The notes below the pieces were generated by a model. It worked only from the letters and a program-made list of their open reading frames with translations, was not told where the DNA came from and ran no database searches. This document shows, one piece after another, positions 59,981 to 64,000 of a DNA stretch of 64,000 bases (the stretch's first letter is position 1; every line of letters begins with the position of its first letter). Both the position numbers and the translations under genes were made by a program. Source of the stretch: Nocardiopsis sp. NRRL B-16309 (GTDB taxonomy: Bacteria > Actinomycetota > Actinomycetes > Streptosporangiales > Streptosporangiaceae); NCBI RefSeq assembly GCF_001279585.1, contig NZ_LGEC01000103.1:22925-86924 (forward strand), read 5' to 3'.

Positions 59981-62900
59981 GTGGCGACGAGAGCGGTTCC
60001 CCGACCAGCTCGGAGCACACCCCCATCACCAGGCGACAAACCCCTGGTGATCGCGACCCCGCCGCAGATGCCGGAGAACGCTCCCGCGGGCAGCTCCGGC
60101 GCGATGATCATCATGCCGATCATCACCGGCTCGGGCTCCCTCCTCATGTCCATCACGATGGGGCACCGGCCGCTCATGATGGTGGCGGGAGTGATGATCA
60201 TGGCGGCGAGCGTGATCGTCGGCATCATCATGTTCGTCGCGCAGCACAACGGCCCCCGCAAGCGCATCCGCGAACAGCGGGAGCGCTACGTCGACTACCT
60301 CGACCAGCTGCGGGAGATCGTCCGCGAGGTCGCCGCCACCCAGCGCGCCGACAGCGCCTTCCGGCACCCCGCCCCGGACCTGCTCACGGAGCCGGCCCGG
60401 TCCCCGGCGCGCAGGTGGGAGCGCCGCGCCTCCGACCCCGACTTCCTCGACGTCCGCGTGGGATCGGGCGTCCGCCCCCTGGCCAGGCGCCTGGTGCTCA
60501 AGGTGGACACCTCCTCCCCCCTGATCGTCTACGACCCCGTCTGCCAGGGATCGGCCGACCAGCTCATCGAGCTGTACGCGGACGTGCCCGAGATGCCGTT
60601 GGTCGTCCCGTTGACCCGGCACAGCGTGATCTCGATCGTCGGCGACCGCGACGCCGGCCGCGGACTGGTGCGCGCGATGATCGCGCAGCTGGCGGTCTTC
60701 CACTCCCCGCACGACCTGCGCATCGGTGTGGTCCGCGACCACAAGGTCCGCACGCTGTGGGAGTGGCTCAAATGGCTCCCCCACAACGGCTTCGAGGACG
60801 CCAAGGACGGGCCGATGCCCGCCCGTTTCGTCTCGGGCAACACTGTCCAGGTCGCCGAACTGCTCGCCGACGAGATCGAACGGCGCACGGTCGACCTGCA
60901 GCGCCGCCGGGGCAAGCCCCCCGGCCCGGGAACGCAGCGGCTCGTCGTGGTCCTGGACGGCGAGCACCAGTCGACCCTGTCGGGTCTGCACGCCGAGCCG
61001 CCCGTCACCGACCTGGCGAGCCTCGGCATCCACGTCATCACACTGGTCGCGGACCGGCGTGAGGAGCCCGAGTCCGTGAGCCTGCGGCTCATGGTCCAGG
61101 CCGACGGAACGCTCACCGAGGACACGGAGAACCCCGGAGCCCGTGAGGACGCCGCCCACGCGCCCCTGTCCGGCACCGCGGACCGGGCGGGTGTCGCCCA
61201 TCTGACGATGCTCGCGCGCCTGCTCGCCCCGTACGGCATCTCGGTCACCGACGGCGACGGCGCCATGCACGAGACCGTCGGTCTTCCGGAGATCCTGGGC
61301 GTGCCCGACGTCGCCGAACTGGACACACGCCGGACCTGGCGCAGGCGCAGCACGGGCGACTACCTGCGGGTGCCCATCGGTGTGGGCCCCAGCGGCAACA
61401 CGGTGCTGCTGGACCTGAAGGAGTCGGCGTTCGGCGGCATGGGACCGCACGGCCTGGTGGTCGGAGCGACGGGTTCCGGCAAGTCGGAGATGCTGCGCAC
61501 CATGGTGGCGTCCCTGGTGATCAACCACTCCCCCGAGCACCTGGCCCTGCTCCTGGTGGACTTCAAGGGCGGAGCGACCTTCGCCGACACCGACCGGCTC
61601 CCGCACAGCGCCGGGCTGATCACCAACCTGGCCGACGACGACTCGCTGGTCGTCCGGTTCCGCGAGGCGACCTTCGGCGAGCTGGTCCGGCGCCAGCAGC
61701 TCCTCAAGGAGGCGGGCAACCTGCCCAACCTGCACGCCTACGAGGCGGCGCGGGAGAGCAACCCCGCGCTGGAGCCGCTGCCGCACCTGCTCATCATCAT
61801 CGACGAGTTCTCCGAACTGCTGACCGCCCACCCGGACTTCGCGGAGCTGTTCGTGGCGATCGGCCGCATCGGCCGGTCGATCGGTGTGCACCTGCTGCTG
61901 GCGACCCAGCGCCTGGAGTCGGGCAAGATCAAGGGCCTGGAGTCCCACCTGTCCTACCGGGTGGGTCTGCGCACGTTCTCCGAGGCCGAGAGCCGGGAGG
62001 CGATCGGCGTCGGCGACGCCTACCACCTGCCCCCCGAACCGGGTTCCGGCTACCTCAAGGTGGACACGTCCGTCTTCGAGCGCTTCAAGGCCGCCATGGT
62101 CTCCCAGCCCTACGTCCCGCCCGCCAAGGAGGAGAAGGAGGAGCACGAGCCGGTTCTGCCGCTGCTCTCCTTCAACGGCCTGGCCAAGGTGACGGGCGCG
62201 GACTCGCTCGCCGAGTCCCTCATGGGGGCGATCAAGGACAAGTCGCAGGAGAAGCAGAAGACGGAGAAGCGCACCACCCTCCAGGTCACCGTGGACCGGC
62301 TGGTGGCCTCGGGAGCCGACCCGGTGCGCCCGGTCTGGCTCCCCCCGCTCCCGGAGGCGCTGACCTTCGACTCCGTCCTGAACGATCTCGGGGAGGGCGG
62401 CGACGCCCTGGAGGGCCGGGGGACGGAGCCGCACCCGGCCGAGGCCAAGGCCGTCTTCGGACTCACCGACATCCCCCGCGAACAGCGCGTGGTACCCGCC
62501 GAGATGGACTTCACCGGCGGCGAGGGCAACGTCGTCATCCTGGGCGGCCCCCAGTCCGGCAAGTCCACCCTGCTGCGGACGATGATCACGAGCCTGGCGT
62601 GGCGGTACCCGCCCGGACGGGTCGCGGTGTACGCGATCGACTTCGGCGGCGGCGCGCTCCAGGCGATGGACGAACTCCCGCACGTGGCCGGCGTCGCCGG
62701 CCGGGCGGACCCGGAGCGCGTCCAGCGGATCCTCACCGACGTGGCGGGGCACCTGGACCGGCGCCAGCGCGTGTTCAGGAAGCACAAGCTGGACTCCCCG
62801 GCGGCACTGCGCCAGGCCCGGGCGGACGGCAGGGTGCCGTCCAGCGTCGTGGGCGACCTGTTCCTGATGATCGACGGGTGGTCGGCGGTCCGCGACGCCT

Positions 62901-64000
62901 TCGACGCGGCCGACGACTTCCTGATGGACATCGCGACGCGCGGGCCGTCCCTGGGCGTGCACACCATCCTCACCGGCGCGGCGTCGTCGCAGGTGAGATC
63001 CAGGTTGCAGGCCCTGTTCGGCGGCCGTTTCGAGCTGAGGCTGAGCGACCCGATGGACTCGGGCATCGGCCGCAAGATCGCCGAGGAAATCCCCAAGGAC
63101 ACCCCGGGCCGCGGTCTGTCCTCCAGCGAGAACCACACTCACGTGGCCCTGCCCAGGGTGGACGGCATCGCCGACGACGAGGACCTCACCAGCGGCATCC
63201 ACGACCTCATCGCCCGGGTCAAGGAGCGCTGGCCGCAGGAGGCCGTCCAGGGCGTTCGGACCCTCCCGCTCAAGGTGGAGCTGGACGACCTCCTCAAGGG
63301 ACGCAAGGGCGCCAAGGGCAGGTCCCGGGAGCTGGTCCTGGGCATGGGCGAGAGCTCGCTCGCCCCGGTCACCACCAACCTGTCGCGGGACCCGCACCTG
63401 GTGGTCTTCGGCGACCCGCAGTCCGGCAAGTCCACGCTGCTGCGCGGGCTGGTCAAGCAGATCGTCCAGCGCCCCGCCAAGGAGCTGGGGATCGTCATGG
63501 TCGACTTCCGGCGCTCCCACCTGGAGCTGGTACCGGAGGACCACCTGCTGGCCTACTGCACGACGGCGGAACAGACCAAGGCTGTCGCGGACAACCTGGC
63601 GGGTTCGCTCAAGCAGCGCCTTCCGGGGCCGGACGTGACGCCGAAGCAACTGCGGGAGCGCAGCTGGTGGCAGGGCCTGGACCTGTACATCGTCGTGGAC
63701 GACATGGACATGATCGCCTCGCGCACCAACCCGCTCGCGCCGCTGGCCCCCTTCATTCCGCAGGGCGCCGACCTGGGGCTGCACGTCATCGCCGCGCGCC
63801 GCACGGGCGGTACCGCGCGGGCGATGTTCGAGCCGGTGCTCCAGTCGCTGAGCGACATGGCCACGCCGGGCATGCTGTTCTCCGGTGACCGCATGGAGGG
63901 GCGGCTGGCCAACGGGACGGCCTCCAAACCGCTCCCGCAGGGCCGCGCACAGCTGGCTCTGCGGGGCAAGCGCCCGGACCTGGTACAGGTCGGCTGGAGC
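59981..64000 (+). CDS. eccC: type VII secretion system ATPase EccC (FtsK/SpoIIIE family, three P-loop domains), 3'-truncated by window end
   Basis: Frame 2 is open from 59930 to the window end. N-terminal PPQMPENAPAGS motif and two TM segments, then three Walker A motifs (GATGSGKSEMLRTMV, GGPQSGKSTLLRTMI, GDPQSGKSTLLRGLV). The start is estimated at GTG 59981; GTG 59960 and ATG 60068 are alternatives. It is absent from the ORF track because no stop occurs in the window. Confidence 0.9.
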   Translation, partial: MATRAVPRPARSTPPSPGDKPLVIATPPQMPENAPAGSSGAMIIMPIITGSGSLLMSITMGHRPLMMVAGVMIMAASVIVGIIMFVAQHNGPRKRIREQRERYVDYLDQLREIVREVAATQRADSAFRHPAPDLLTEPARSPARRWERRASDPDFLDVRVGSGVRPLARRLVLKVDTSSPLIVYDPVCQGSADQLIELYADVPEMPLVVPLTRHSVISIVGDRDAGRGLVRAMIAQLAVFHSPHDLRIGVVRDHKVRTLWEWLKWLPHNGFEDAKDGPMPARFVSGNTVQVAELLADEIERRTVDLQRRRGKPPGPGTQRLVVVLDGEHQSTLSGLHAEPPVTDLASLGIHVITLVADRREEPESVSLRLMVQADGTLTEDTENPGAREDAAHAPLSGTADRAGVAHLTMLARLLAPYGISVTDGDGAMHETVGLPEILGVPDVAELDTRRTWRRRSTGDYLRVPIGVGPSGNTVLLDLKESAFGGMGPHGLVVGATGSGKSEMLRTMVASLVINHSPEHLALLLVDFKGGATFADTDRLPHSAGLITNLADDDSLVVRFREATFGELVRRQQLLKEAGNLPNLHAYEAARESNPALEPLPHLLIIIDEFSELLTAHPDFAELFVAIGRIGRSIGVHLLLATQRLESGKIKGLESHLSYRVGLRTFSEAESREAIGVGDAYHLPPEPGSGYLKVDTSVFERFKAAMVSQPYVPPAKEEKEEHEPVLPLLSFNGLAKVTGADSLAESLMGAIKDKSQEKQKTEKRTTLQVTVDRLVASGADPVRPVWLPPLPEALTFDSVLNDLGEGGDALEGRGTEPHPAEAKAVFGLTDIPREQRVVPAEMDFTGGEGNVVILGGPQSGKSTLLRTMITSLAWRYPPGRVAVYAIDFGGGALQAMDELPHVAGVAGRADPERVQRILTDVAGHLDRRQRVFRKHKLDSPAALRQARADGRVPSSVVGDLFLMIDGWSAVRDAFDAADDFLMDIATRGPSLGVHTILTGAASSQVRSRLQALFGGRFELRLSDPMDSGIGRKIAEEIPKDTPGRGLSSSENHTHVALPRVDGIADDEDLTSGIHDLIARVKERWPQEAVQGVRTLPLKVELDDLLKGRKGAKGRSRELVLGMGESSLAPVTTNLSRDPHLVVFGDPQSGKSTLLRGLVKQIVQRPAKELGIVMVDFRRSHLELVPEDHLLAYCTTAEQTKAVADNLAGSLKQRLPGPDVTPKQLRERSWWQGLDLYIVVDDMDMIASRTNPLAPLAPFIPQGADLGLHVIAARRTGGTARAMFEPVLQSLSDMATPGMLFSGDRMEGRLANGTASKPLPQGRAQLALRGKRPDLVQVGWS

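Noticed and set aside
59827-60267. 146-aa minus-strand ORF overlapping the eccC start
   Set aside because: It is antisense to the conserved EccC N-terminus (PPQMPENAPAGSSGAMIIMPIITGSG...), which matches the EccC family. The minus-strand ORF has no motif or RBS.

Overview
This is a 64 kb window of high-GC (about 72%) actinobacterial chromosome. Codon usage and gene content are Streptomyces/Nocardiopsis-like, with very high GC3 and frequent GTG starts. All calls were made by reading translations and motifs from the sequence; no database searches were run. The very high GC generates many long antisense shadow ORFs, which I discounted.

Core genes:
- a short YidC insertase
- the dnaK-grpE-dnaJ-hspR-clpB heat-shock operon, with two HspR operator (HAIR) inverted repeats upstream of dnaK
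- an Rv0338c-like membrane Fe-S reductase
- a FadE-type acyl-CoA dehydrogenase
- an N-acyl-D-amino-acid deacylase
- a second DivIVA-domain paralog

Accessory or regulatory genes:
- a divergent TetR/MFS pair
- a module of ABC ATPase, ABC-2 permease and an orphan NarL-type histidine kinase
- an ECF42-like sigma factor paired with a YciI/DGPF protein
- a Uma2 endonuclease
- two MFS transporters
- a SnoaL-like protein
- a spore-protein GerW/YtfJ-like gene
- a LuxR/NarL two-component system

Three loci stand out.
1. An NfeD-flotillin operon is translationally coupled to a 1674-aa protein (beta-rich N-terminus, long helical middle, C-terminal MoxR/dynein-type AAA+ ATPase). It is followed, convergently, by a SUFU-domain gene and a double zinc-ribbon gene.
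2. Four tandem paralogous Ser/Thr-kinase/WD40 beta-propeller genes in which two copies are clear pseudokinases. They are bracketed by unusually long, repeat-rich noncoding DNA.
3. The beginning of a type VII secretion (ESX-like) locus (eccD divergent from a partial three-ATPase eccC), immediately adjacent to the two-component system.

The window is also peppered with short intergenic tandem repeats (8-36 bp units) and strong GC hairpins. No rRNA, tRNA, CRISPR array or transposase was detected.
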